Shown piece after piece: positions 8,597 to 17,953 of a stretch of 64,000 nt of DNA. The position numbers and the translations under genes are program-made. How positions within the stretch are numbered: the first letter of the stretch is position 1; every line of letters begins with the position of its first letter. Below the pieces are notes generated by a model, which worked only from the letters and a program-made list of their open reading frames with translations, did not search any database and had not been told where the DNA came from. Source of the DNA: Candidatus Marinacidobacterales bacterium (GTDB taxonomy: Bacteria; Acidobacteriota; Vicinamibacteria; Marinacidobacterales; SMYC01); NCBI GenBank assembly GCA_965237955.1, contig OZ250169.1, positions 6,176,001 to 6,240,000 on the forward strand. Reading direction: 5' to 3'.

Positions 8597-9907
8597 ATGC
8601 TGACGTCTCGTCCACCAACTGCCCCTCCCTCGCTTCCTCATAAACGACTTCGCGCGAGCCTCGACTTTCTTTCGTCGAGAATTCCCGATCCGGTCAACAA
8701 GCTCTGGTTCATCAACCGCACGCTCGAGGTCTTCGACGAGAAACCGCAGGGGGTCAAGAGGCTCCCGATCGTGCGCGGTATCGTGTTCCATTACGTCGCG
8801 CTCGAATCACTCGGCGAGCTCGTTTGGAGCCCGAAGCCAACGACGGTCGCTCTTCCCCGAGGACCGCTTTTGGCGCTCTATCGACTTCGTCACGTGCTCC
8901 TCGTGGTGACGTTTCTCGCCGTCGGCTTCGGAGGCTACCGCATCGGGCTCGTCGGCTATGAAGCCGCACAATCAGGCGCCGACTGGCTGTTTGCTCAGCT
9001 GGTACCGGTGCCCGCGGCCGCATCCACGACGGCGCTCGAAAGCTATCCCGACAGGCTTACGGTGCCGCCCACAAACGTGTGGCTGGTCTCGAACGTAGGT
9101 GAGGTCGAGCTCTGGAGTAACGGCCTGCGCGTCGATACCAGCTTCGAGACACCGGGCAACCCGCGGAGCTTTTTCGCGTTTCCGAAAGACGGCTCGCCGC
9201 CGGTCCCTCTCGGAGGCGCACCCATCGGAATCGTGTACCACGCGAGCCAAAGCGACATGGCGCCGTTCGCGCAACAGTTCAATCGCAACATCCTGACGAC
9301 GACGCGCGATCTCGTCGGGTGGCTCAGCCGTCGTGAAATCTACAACTACATGATCGACCGCTTCGGCCAGGTCTACCGCATCGTCTCCGACAAAGGGGTC
9401 GCGGTCCATGCCGGGGTCTCGATCTGGTCGGACGACGATTACTACCATCTGAACTTGAACGAGAGCTTCATCGGCGTCGCGTTCGAAAGCCAATGGAGCT
9501 CTGGTCGGGACATCATTACGCCCGCACAGGTCCAGGCTGCGCTCAACCTCACCGACGTCCTGCGAGCGCGCTATCGGATCGCGGACGCCAACTGTGTCCC
9601 TCACGGCCTCGTCTCGGTGAACGCCGCGAAAAAGCTCGTCGGCTACCACGCCGACTGGGCGAAGAACTTCCCCTTCGGCGCTCTCGGGTTGGACGACAAG
9701 TATGAGCTCGCTCCGGCGAGCATGACCGCGTTCGGGTTCAGCTACGACGAGGATCTCGTGAGCCGCCTCGGTGGCGAGCTTTGGCCCGGCGTTGGCTTCG
9801 CCGAGCAAGAGGTGCGGACCCGCGCCCGAGAAGAGGGCGTCACGCCCGAACTCTTTCGGGCACGGATGCACCAGCGTTATCTTCAGAACGTCGCCCTCGC
9901 GAAGTAG
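8597..9907 (+). CDS. Membrane-anchored N-acetylmuramoyl-L-alanine amidase (Amidase_2/PGRP fold)
   Basis: IVYHAS, YNYMIDRFG, AVHAG, NESFIGVAFE, TPAQ, VPHGLV; one TM at about aa 98-120. Confidence 0.82.
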   Translation: MLTSRPPTAPPSLPHKRLRASLDFLSSRIPDPVNKLWFINRTLEVFDEKPQGVKRLPIVRGIVFHYVALESLGELVWSPKPTTVALPRGPLLALYRLRHVLLVVTFLAVGFGGYRIGLVGYEAAQSGADWLFAQLVPVPAAASTTALESYPDRLTVPPTNVWLVSNVGEVELWSNGLRVDTSFETPGNPRSFFAFPKDGSPPVPLGGAPIGIVYHASQSDMAPFAQQFNRNILTTTRDLVGWLSRREIYNYMIDRFGQVYRIVSDKGVAVHAGVSIWSDDDYYHLNLNESFIGVAFESQWSSGRDIITPAQVQAALNLTDVLRARYRIADANCVPHGLVSVNAAKKLVGYHADWAKNFPFGALGLDDKYELAPASMTAFGFSYDEDLVSRLGGELWPGVGFAEQEVRTRAREEGVTPELFRARMHQRYLQNVALAK

Positions 9908-9960
9908 CCCCGGCCGCAGTCCGAACCCGTGCCCGTACCGCCTCCTGTCAACGAAACCGC

Positions 9961-10113
9961 TTACTGGAGAAACAAGACAGCAGTAACAGGACCCAATTTC
10001 AGTGCGAGCGGGAAATGGATTTCCATAGCCATTTGCGCCCACATCTGACTCAATACGAAAAGGCCGAGAGTCAATGCCACGATTCTACTGAAACGTTCAC
10101 GACTAACAAGCAC
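9961..10113 (-). CDS. Putative 50-aa small membrane protein
   Basis: GAGGAG 8 nt before GTG 10113; product VLVSRERFSRIVALTLGLFVLSQMWAQMAMEIHFPLALKLGPVTAVLFLQ is hydrophobic. Confidence 0.4.
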   Translation of the reverse strand: MLVSRERFSRIVALTLGLFVLSQMWAQMAMEIHFPLALKLGPVTAVLFLQ

Positions 10114-10239
10114 CGATATGACTCCTCGCAGATGTATAAATGTTACACGGACTCCCCGTCTCAAAATAAAAGACGAATTGAACGAAGGGGGATCCGCTTG
10201 CCGAATACTAGGAGTTCCAACGATTCGTGTCTAGAGTAA

Positions 10240-10266
10240 GAATTTCCCTAGATGGAAATTCCCTAC
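10240..10266. promoter_or_regulatory. Palindromic operator-like site
   Basis: gaatttcc-ctagat-ggaaattc perfect 8-bp inverted repeat within an AT-rich gap. Confidence 0.45.
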
Positions 10267-10366
10267 ACAACGACTCGATCGGGTTGTATTCGGGGCTTTT
10301 TGCCTCCAGTCGAGGACAGCCGTCCGCCTCATGCGCGCCCCCGAAGCGTTGGCTTCCGCCCACGCG

Positions 10367-10711
10367 CTACTCTCTAGTAGTGTCGCCACCGGAGGGCAAG
10401 ATGGTCGGAAACTGCCGCACGTTCCCGGAGTCGCCGCCTTTCGGAGTCGAGATCCGCCCGACGCCCTCTTTCTCGACCTCGTCGATGCGCACGATCGCGT
10501 GAAGTGGGACGTGCGTGCGTTTGACGCCGTCGAACTCCCGCTCCAGCCGTTCCTGCGACGGATCGATCACGACCTTGGTACCCTGCCCAAAGGCCAGCTC
10601 TTCGACTTCGACGAAACCGAACAGCCCACCCTGGGAGACCTTGCGGGCGTAAATCTCATAGATCTCGCCCTGATTGAAAAAGATAACCTTATATATGTAG
10701 TCGTCCGCCAT
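10367..10711 (-). CDS. DUF1820 family protein
   Basis: IYKVIFFNQGEIYEIYAR...GFVEVEE...DPSQERLEREF.GVKRTHVPLHAIVRIDEVEKEG. Confidence 0.88.
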   Translation of the reverse strand: MADDYIYKVIFFNQGEIYEIYARKVSQGGLFGFVEVEELAFGQGTKVVIDPSQERLEREFDGVKRTHVPLHAIVRIDEVEKEGVGRISTPKGGDSGNVRQFPTILPSGGDTTRE

Positions 10712-10786
10712 GCTGCGCGATTCTACCAGTTGTTCTATGCTTCTGGGGCACTACAAACTATCCTAACAAGCTCTTCTTCCTTATAC

Positions 10787-10890
10787 CCCTCTCCCGCCCG
10801 CGGGAGAGGGTCCCGAGCGACCCGCCGAAGCTACCGGCGAAGGCGGTACGGGGGAGAGGGAGAGTCGGAGCGACTCGCTTCGCGAGTCGG
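10787..10890. repeat. Palindromic intergenic repeat (ccctctccc...gggagaggg type)
   Basis: ccctctcccgcccgcgggagaggg, ccgccgaagc...ggcgaaggcgg and cgactcgc-ttc-gcgagtcg hairpins; a related remnant lies at about 25567-25635. Confidence 0.7.
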
Positions 10891-10893
10891 TCT

Positions 10894-11208
10894 TCAAGTA
10901 TTTTCGTCGATCCAACCGAGATAGGCGGCGCTTCCCTGCTCGATGGGGAGGACGATCAGCTCGGGAACGTCGTACGTGTGCAGCTCATCGAGTGCGGATG
11001 CGAGAGCATGATAGCGATCCGCGCGGGTTTTCATCAGGAGCACGCATTCGGCATCGTCTTCGATGGTGCCCTTCCAGCGGTACAGGCTTCTGACGCGCGG
11101 CACGATGTTTACGCACGCGACGATACGTCTCTCGAGGAGTGCTCTCGCGAGAACGACCGCGCTCTCTTCATCCCCGGTCGTGGTCACGGCCATGATGTGC
11201 TCCGCCAT
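10894..11208 (-). CDS. cutA: Divalent-cation tolerance protein CutA
   Basis: LLERRIVACVNI, SLYRWKG, KT, HTYDVPELI; GGAGG RBS. Confidence 0.93.
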   Translation of the reverse strand: MAEHIMAVTTTGDEESAVVLARALLERRIVACVNIVPRVRSLYRWKGTIEDDAECVLLMKTRADRYHALASALDELHTYDVPELIVLPIEQGSAAYLGWIDENT

Positions 11209-11273
11209 CTCACCCTCCTTCAACATCTTCACATCTTCAAAAGCGATGTTACCTGCTATAATTCGTCGACAAC

Positions 11274-11639
11274 ATGACAATCAAGAGACCGCCAAGAAAG
11301 GACGGCGCTGCTTGCGACTCGGCAAGGTCGAGACGTCTCCGCGAGTCGAAGGTCAAAAAGAAAGCGCTCGGCCTCGCCGCGTTTCTCATCGTCGCGCTCT
11401 CGATCCTGAACGCTTTTTTTGGCGATCGCGGCGTCCTCGGTCTCTTGGAGGGGCGTAACAACTATCGCGCTCTCGAGAGAGAAGTCGAGGCCCTTCAAGC
11501 GAACAATCAACGCCTCGCAAACGAAATCCACGCACTTCGTACCGACCCGCTCGTCATCGAGCGCCGCGCGCGGGAAGTCCTGGGAATGGCCCGCCCTGGA
11601 GAAATCGCGCTACAGATACGCACTCCGGACGAAAACTAG
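11274..11639 (+). CDS. ftsB: Septum formation initiator FtsB/DivIC
   Basis: TM, GDRG, coiled coil, IERRAREVLGMARPGE. Confidence 0.88.
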   Translation: MTIKRPPRKDGAACDSARSRRLRESKVKKKALGLAAFLIVALSILNAFFGDRGVLGLLEGRNNYRALEREVEALQANNQRLANEIHALRTDPLVIERRAREVLGMARPGEIALQIRTPDEN

Positions 11640-11642
11640 GCA

Positions 11643-12503
11643 CTAGTCACTATCACGATTCCGGAATCCACCTGCCGCCGCGGCGAGCTCTCCGCCCCAC
11701 AGGAGGATCGACGCGGATAGGTTGATCCACAACAGGAACACGATGAGGGTCGCGAGCGCACCGTACGTCCGGGTGTAGCTCGCGAGGTGGCTGATGTAGT
11801 AGGTGAAGCCGACCTTCAAAATATTCCACAGCGTTCCGGCGACCACACCGCCTATTAGAGCCACCCGCCACGGAATGGACTTCGCTGGCACCAGCCAGTA
11901 GACGACAAAAAACGCGAACACCGTGAGCGACCACGGGATAACCGTACGACTGAGGAACGTGTCCAACACCTGGTAGAGCGGCAGTGTTTTCAGCGGAGCG
12001 AGCGCGGTGGTATCGATGAAACGGTCGACGGTGCCCATCACACCCTCCATCACCACCGTCGCAACCAGTACCACGCTCATCAAACCGACGAGAGCGACCG
12101 CGAACAACTTGCGCAGGGCGAACGGCCGTCGCTTGTCGACACGGAAGACATGGTCGAGTCCGGATTCGACCTTCGAGAACACCTTGCTCGCGGTCCAGAG
12201 AACAAGAACCAGATAGCCGACGCCCGACCAAACGTGACTCTGGAGCGATCGCACCTGGGTCATGAGCTGGGGTGGCATCCGGTAGAGCAGATTCTGAAAG
12301 AAGAGCTCGGTCCCTTTCTCGGCGGCGTCCGTACCGAGGGCCAAAGCCCCAATCGTTACCAGGAAGACCGCGAGCGGCAAGAAAGATAGTAGTCCGAAGT
12401 AGGCGATAACAGTCGCCCGATCGAAACACCTGTCGAGGTGGAAGTGCACCGTCGCGCGGAAGACGGGCTCGACGACCGCCCAAAGGCGTTTGACGATAGG
12501 CAT
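11643..12503 (-). CDS. YihY/virulence factor BrkB family membrane protein
   Basis: IAYFGLLSFLP...YTRTYGALATLIVFLLWINLSASILLWGGEL. Confidence 0.92.
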   Translation of the reverse strand: MPIVKRLWAVVEPVFRATVHFHLDRCFDRATVIAYFGLLSFLPLAVFLVTIGALALGTDAAEKGTELFFQNLLYRMPPQLMTQVRSLQSHVWSGVGYLVLVLWTASKVFSKVESGLDHVFRVDKRRPFALRKLFAVALVGLMSVVLVATVVMEGVMGTVDRFIDTTALAPLKTLPLYQVLDTFLSRTVIPWSLTVFAFFVVYWLVPAKSIPWRVALIGGVVAGTLWNILKVGFTYYISHLASYTRTYGALATLIVFLLWINLSASILLWGGELAAAAGGFRNRDSD

Positions 12504-12585
12504 CGCCGCTATTCAATCAGCAAAGGGCGCCTTGGGACAAGCCTGGGGACAAGGAAGACGCGACAGGGTAGACTCCACATCGACC

Positions 12586-13419
12586 ATGCGCTCGAAACCT
12601 CCGTCATCACTGGACTATGATGGGCACCTCCACGAGCTCGCGCTCAACAATTGGCGGCGCGCCCTCCGCGAGCGCGACGTGTCGCGTGCGGAGATCAATG
12701 CGCGCACGCTCACGCGCTCGCACGACAAATTCTGGCGCTTTGTCGGCGGGGTGCACCTCGCGCTCGCGCACCTGTGCGGGGGACGCGCCTCGGCCGCGCT
12801 CGACGCGTTCGCGGGCGCGGCGCGCGCCTACCCGGAAGCACGCGAGCTCGTTTCCGTCGCCAAAACCCAGTCCGCTCATGTGCATCTGGAGACCAACTCG
12901 CCGCAACAAGCGTTAGAGGCCCTGGAAGACGTTGTGACCACGCCGGCGACCCAGTACTGGCGCGCGCTCGCGTACGCTCGCCTTTCCGCGACCGAGGTCG
13001 CGCGAACGCTCGTCGGCGGGCTCGATGACGATCTGTTGCGTGCGCACGTTCTCGTCGAGCTCGGCGATGACGTCGAGCTTCTTCGAAGCGCGGTCGAGCT
13101 CATGCCGGACGACGCGCTCGCATCTCCACGGCCGGCGGTTCCTATCCTCTATGCACTCGCGACTCGCCTACTCGAGAGGAACCAACATGCGGAAGCGGCC
13201 GCGACATTCGCACAAATCGCGGCTCGCTCCGACGCACTTCTTCAATGGCCGCTTCCGTACGCGCGAGCGCTCTATCGTGTCGGCGAGCAAGCCGCGCGCG
13301 ATCACGGTGGTGATTTTGAGCGAGCCCGCGAGGCGTATTCGCGGTTCTTGCACTTGTGGCGAGACGGGGAGATCGATCGTGAGGCGGTCGCCGAAGCGTC
13401 TCAGTTCGTCAAGTTGTAG
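12586..13419 (+). CDS. TPR-like helical repeat protein
   Basis: Ala/Leu-rich helical repeats, C-terminal AREAYSRFLHLW; start uncertain. Confidence 0.6.
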   Translation: MRSKPPSSLDYDGHLHELALNNWRRALRERDVSRAEINARTLTRSHDKFWRFVGGVHLALAHLCGGRASAALDAFAGAARAYPEARELVSVAKTQSAHVHLETNSPQQALEALEDVVTTPATQYWRALAYARLSATEVARTLVGGLDDDLLRAHVLVELGDDVELLRSAVELMPDDALASPRPAVPILYALATRLLERNQHAEAAATFAQIAARSDALLQWPLPYARALYRVGEQAARDHGGDFERAREAYSRFLHLWRDGEIDREAVAEASQFVKL

Positions 13420-14111
13420 GCGAACCGGACGACCTCACCGCGGCGCACGACCACGACGCGAAGCTCGGCGGCGGCGGCAAAGCGCGCCAGCAGTCTCCAC
13501 AGCGAGTCGAGACCGCGCAGGGGTTGCTCGTTGATGCTTCGCAGCACGTCTCCCGGAAGAAGGCCCGATTCCGACAAAACGGTCCCGTCGGGAAGACGAA
13601 GGAGCTCGAGCCCCTGCACCTCGCCTTCGACCACCCGGGGCGTGACCTCGGTGTCGCTCAAGATGACGGCGATTTCTTTTTCGAGCCTTTGATTCGCTTC
13701 CGATCGCGAGAACGAACGCCGCACCCACAAGAGCTCAGGCTCGGCGCGCTCAGGCTCAGGCTCCGACGCCAGCGCGGTGGGCGCCGCGCTTCCCGCAATC
13801 GCGATCCGAACCCCGCCGTAGGGCCCCTCGAGAAACGCCGAGTTTCGAGTGACCTCGACGAGAACGTAGCCGGTGTACTCGTGACCGACGCGGAGGGCGC
13901 GGGCCCTCCTGCCTCCGGCACGGCGGACGAGCGCGATGGAGTCGGCGGGGTTCGCCGCAACGATCACGCCGTCGAGGACGAGCTCGACTCGCTCGTCTTC
14001 TGCCTGAGGCGCCTGCGACGCCTGCGACGCCTGCAACGCCTGCAACGAATGACCCGATGCGAGCGCAGCGGTCAACCCGCATGCGATCAAGATGTTAACG
14101 ACAACCTTCAT
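13401..14111 (-). CDS. Type II secretion GspC-like protein with PDZ domain
   Basis: N-terminal TM, LVLDGVIVA...SIALV...LRVG (HR domain), GLLPGDVLRSINEQ...VVVRRG (PDZ). Confidence 0.75.
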   Translation of the reverse strand: MKVVVNILIACGLTAALASGHSLQALQASQASQAPQAEDERVELVLDGVIVAANPADSIALVRRAGGRRARALRVGHEYTGYVLVEVTRNSAFLEGPYGGVRIAIAGSAAPTALASEPEPERAEPELLWVRRSFSRSEANQRLEKEIAVILSDTEVTPRVVEGEVQGLELLRLPDGTVLSESGLLPGDVLRSINEQPLRGLDSLWRLLARFAAAAELRVVVVRRGEVVRFAYNLTN

Positions 14112-14209
14112 CGACAAGTCCCTTTGGTAGAATAGCCGTCGCGATGTCCCGCGGTCAAGCCGTGCTATATTGCGGAGGTCCGGGTTGTCAGGTTTCTCGT
14201 GCGTAACTA

Positions 14210-16274
14210 ATGGCTTCCGAGCGTTTGGTGCCGACGGCAAAACATCCGACCGAGCGCCCCGGTTGGAAACACTTCCTCTTTCGAACACGTCTCGGACAGC
14301 TCCTCGTAGCCCTTTGCGGCATTCGTATCCTCGGTGCGCTCGGACTGGTTCCACCCGCACTCACAACCGCGTCGACGGTCGCGTTGTGGCTCTACGTCGC
14401 CGCCCTGCTCTTCTGGGCCGTCGGAGGGATTCGCCGCAAGCTGCTGTGGCGGATTCGGCGAAAGCTGTTCATCTCGTATCTCCTCATCGGCCTCGTCCCC
14501 ACGGTTCTCATCCTGTCCTTTTTCGCGCTGACCGGATATTTCACGCTCGGCCAAGTGAGCTCCTACATGTTGAACCGAGCGGTCGACAGAGCCGAGACCA
14601 AAGCGGCGAACAGCGCGAACTTGCTTCTCTCGGCGCTCCCGGGACACCTTCGCAGTGGTTCGCGGCCATCGGATGAACGGATTCGAAGCGTGCTCGACGA
14701 GTACGTCGCAAACCTCGGCGAGAGCCTGCCCGACGCGGGCGCAATCTATCTCGAGCATCGGCGCGGAAGGATACAACGCGTGGTGGCCAGCGACAGCCTG
14801 ACGACGTTGCCGAGCGTCGGCACCAATCTTCCCGAGTGGATTGTCACTGGTCATCAGGGCGGCATCAAGCTGGGTGTATCGAACTACACCGCGGGTGCCT
14901 CGGCCCCAACAGACACTTCGACAGGCGCGACCGTCCTGGTCCTTGCGCCCCTCGCCGGCGTGATCGAGAGCGCTGCTTCAGACCTGGGTTTTCACATCGA
15001 CCAGATCTTGGCAAGCGTGACCGACGAGGGCTCGACCGAGAGTGTCTTCGTGCGCCAAGCGGAGTTGACGAGCACGGAGGCGGAGTCCGGGATCGAACCC
15101 GAGTCCATGGCATCGTTCACCATACCGTGGTGGACGTTATTCGAACCCGGCGCTTCGACGATCCGCCCTCCGAAGAGTCCGACTTGATTTTCGTCCAGTT
15201 CGGCTTCCCCGTGATCAACTTCTACCGAAGCATAGCGTCCGGCGCGCTTGAGCTCGGCCCCAATGGTCCCGACTTGGGCCAGCTGCTCGTGACCGCGATG
15301 GTCTTTCTCGCCGTCCTGTTCCTCATCATCCAAGTGTCCGCGATCTTCGTCGGGCTAGTCCTCGCGCGATCCATCACCGGTTCCGTTCATGCGTTGAGCG
15401 AAGGAACCGAACATGTGCGTCAAGGCGACTTCAGCTACAAAGTGCAGGTGCGCTCGCGCGATCAGCTGGGCGAGCTGGCAGATTCGTTCAATCTCATGAC
15501 CGCGAGTATCCAAGACCTTCTTCGAGAGTCCGCAGAGAAGCAACGGCTCGAAGAAGAGCTTCGCATCGCGCGCGCGATATTCAAATGAAGTTGCTTCCGA
15601 AGGACCATGTCAACGTCCCGGGGCTATCCATAGCTCCGTTCACGGAAGTCGGGGGCGATTACTACGATTTCATCCCGCTCGACGACGATCGGTTGGCACT
15701 GCTCATCGCCGACGTTTCCGGCAAGGGAACTTCGGCAGCGCTCTATATGGCTGAGCTCAAAGGCCTCGTGCTTTCTTTGAGCCAGATCTCCCCGCGGAAG
15801 CTCCTCGTCGAAGCGAACAAGATCCTCGCCGCCACTCTCGACAGCCGCAGTTTCATCACCATGGTGTACGCCGTCATCGACATGAGCGAGCGGCGAATCA
15901 CGTACGCACGCGCGGGGCACAACCCCATCTTCCACCTGTCGCCGAACGGCGGCGGCGATAGAACTAACGTCCTCGCTCCCGAGGGGATGGGCCTCGCCCT
16001 CGACCGCAGCGCGCGCTTCGAGCGCGTGCTTCGCGAAGACTCACTCGATCTCACCTCGGGTGACGTGTTTCTTTTCTTCACCGACGGAATCTCCGAAGCG
16101 ATGAACACACGGGACGAGCTCTTTGGTGAGGAGCGGATCCGCTCGATCATGGAAGAGAACGCAGACCTCCAAATGGACGAGCTTCGTGAAAAAATCGTCG
16201 ACGAGGTGTTCGATTTCGCCGGCGGGGCGGTTCAGCACGACGACATGACGATGGTCCTCGTCAAAGTGTTGTAG
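14210..16274 (+). CDS. Membrane HAMP + PP2C/SpoIIE serine phosphatase, split by two frameshifts (about 15150 and 15580)
   Basis: TMs, HAMP (SRDQLGELADSFNLM), EEELRIAR, VGGDYYDF, IADVSGKG, ARAGHNP, FTDGISEA, DDMT across three consecutive ORFs. Confidence 0.88.
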
Positions 16275-16384
16275 TACTATAGGTTACAGTGGTCTCGTCG
16301 CGGTCGGCCGCCGCGATTGTCGCCACGATTGTCGATGACGTCGTAAACAACCTTGCTCCCGCACCAGGAGAACGCGAGTATTTC

Positions 16385-17098
16385 GTGACAAGTCAATCCA
16401 CCACAGAACTCTCCGATCTTGAAGAACGCCTCGGGTACCGCTTCACCCAAGAGGATTTGCTGCGCCAAGCGCTGACCCACAAGTCCTTCGCCCACGAATC
16501 CGGAAACGGAGCTCACAACGAATCGATGGAGTTCCTGGGTGACGCCGTGCTCGGCTTCCTCATCACCGATTTCATCTACAAGGACTTTCCAGCGTTGACA
16601 GAGGGCCGCAAATCTAAAATCAAGGCCTACCTCGTGAGCGCCACCACGCTCTCGAGCCTCGCCCTCGCACTCGAGATCCCTCAATTCTTGAGACTGGGAA
16701 AAGGCGAGGAAAAAACAGGAGGCCGCCAGAAGAACGCGTTGTCGGCGAACGCGCTCGAGGCCGTCGTCGCCGCGATCTACCTCGACGCCGGCATCGATGC
16801 GGTCCGAGCTTTCCTCCAACCGCTCTACTCCCCTCTCATCGAAGAAGTTCGTGAGGGCCGCGCGGTCGTCGAAGATCCCAAGACAACGCTACAAGAGTTC
16901 CTCCAAGCAAGAAACCTGGAACCCGCCCACTATCACGTGACCGCCGAAAGCGGCCCCGAGCATCGCAAGACCTTCCAAGTCGAGCTCAAAGTAGGACGCC
17001 GCAAGCTAGGCGAAGCCAGTGGGACGACAAAGAAGAAGGCGGAGCTATTGGCCGCGCAAGCCGCTTTGGCGAAGTTGCTGGAAGAAAAGGCTGAGTAG
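16385..17098 (+). CDS. rnc: Ribonuclease III
   Basis: ALTHKS, NESMEFLGDAVL, ANALEAVVAAIYLD, dsRBD DPKTTLQE...KKKAE; start approximate. Confidence 0.95.
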   Translation: MTSQSTTELSDLEERLGYRFTQEDLLRQALTHKSFAHESGNGAHNESMEFLGDAVLGFLITDFIYKDFPALTEGRKSKIKAYLVSATTLSSLALALEIPQFLRLGKGEEKTGGRQKNALSANALEAVVAAIYLDAGIDAVRAFLQPLYSPLIEEVREGRAVVEDPKTTLQEFLQARNLEPAHYHVTAESGPEHRKTFQVELKVGRRKLGEASGTTKKKAELLAAQAALAKLLEEKAE

Positions 17099-17100
17099 TT

Positions 17101-17279
17101 TCAGCATTCAGCATCCAGCATTCAGTTCACTTCAGGCCCTGCCGCTATCCGCGACTTTGGCGTCGACGATCTCCTAGCCGGTCAGACGCGTCGCCTACAA
17201 GGCACAGAGGCTATCGACGACGATCGTCGACTTACCGGCACGGCGCGATGTGAACTGAATGCTGGACGCTGGATGCTGA
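17101..17279. repeat. Inverted-repeat element with heptameric (CAGCATT/C) arms
   Basis: 30-nt arms 17101-17130 and 17250-17279 with 2 mismatches; inner gtcgacgatc/gatcgtcgac stem. Confidence 0.85.
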
Positions 17280-17867
17280 TTATTCCCGATCAGTGACAAT
17301 AAGCATCATCACATGCTCGCCGATGCGGAACTCATTGTGGTTCTCGAGCTCGGTCGCGTCGATCTGCTGGCCGTCGACGAACGTGCCGTTGGTGCTCTTC
17401 AGGTCGGACACGACGACGCGCGAGCCGAGAATCTCGAGAGACGCGTGTTGGCGTGACGCCTCGGGGTCGTCGAGAATGACGTCGCAGTCAGCGCGCCCGA
17501 TGATGGTGCGCACCTTGTTGATCTTGAAAATCTGCCCGCTCGCTTTCCCTTGCAGCACCGCAAGCGAGTACTTCTTGTCGTCGGGCAGACCCATCACTTC
17601 GGCCGCGGCCGGGCCGGTGATTGTCGCCTCACCCGCGGCCTCGTCCGATCGAAGGCGTTTCACCCGCGCCGTGGTGTCCTGCGATGTTTCGTCGGAGGAT
17701 CCCGGGCTCCCGGGGGCAGGCGCGCTCGCCGCCGTTGCCTCGGCAACGCCGATGTCGATCGTCGCCCCGCACTTTTTGCACTTCGCCTGAACGTGCGACT
17801 TGCCGCCGAGCTGCGCTTCGTCGAATTTGTATTTGGTCTGACAGTTAGGGCAAGCGACTCGAATCAT
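17280..17867 (-). CDS. Zinc-ribbon (MJ0042-like) + FHA domain protein
   Basis: CPNC...CKKC; FHA motifs IIGR, SRQHA, DLKSTNGTFVDG. Confidence 0.9.
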   Translation of the reverse strand: MIRVACPNCQTKYKFDEAQLGGKSHVQAKCKKCGATIDIGVAEATAASAPAPGSPGSSDETSQDTTARVKRLRSDEAAGEATITGPAAAEVMGLPDDKKYSLAVLQGKASGQIFKINKVRTIIGRADCDVILDDPEASRQHASLEILGSRVVVSDLKSTNGTFVDGQQIDATELENHNEFRIGEHVMMLIVTDRE

Positions 17868-17953
17868 GATTCTTAGAGATAGCCTATGTCGGGAATTCCT
17901 TGTGTCAGTTTAACCTCATATGTGAGGCCGGGTTCAAGTGGGTCCAAGCGCGC

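Noticed and set aside
14210-16274. Programmed frameshifting in the split PP2C and DUF72 genes
   Set aside because: No slippery sites recognised; coexisting small deletions point to sequence error.
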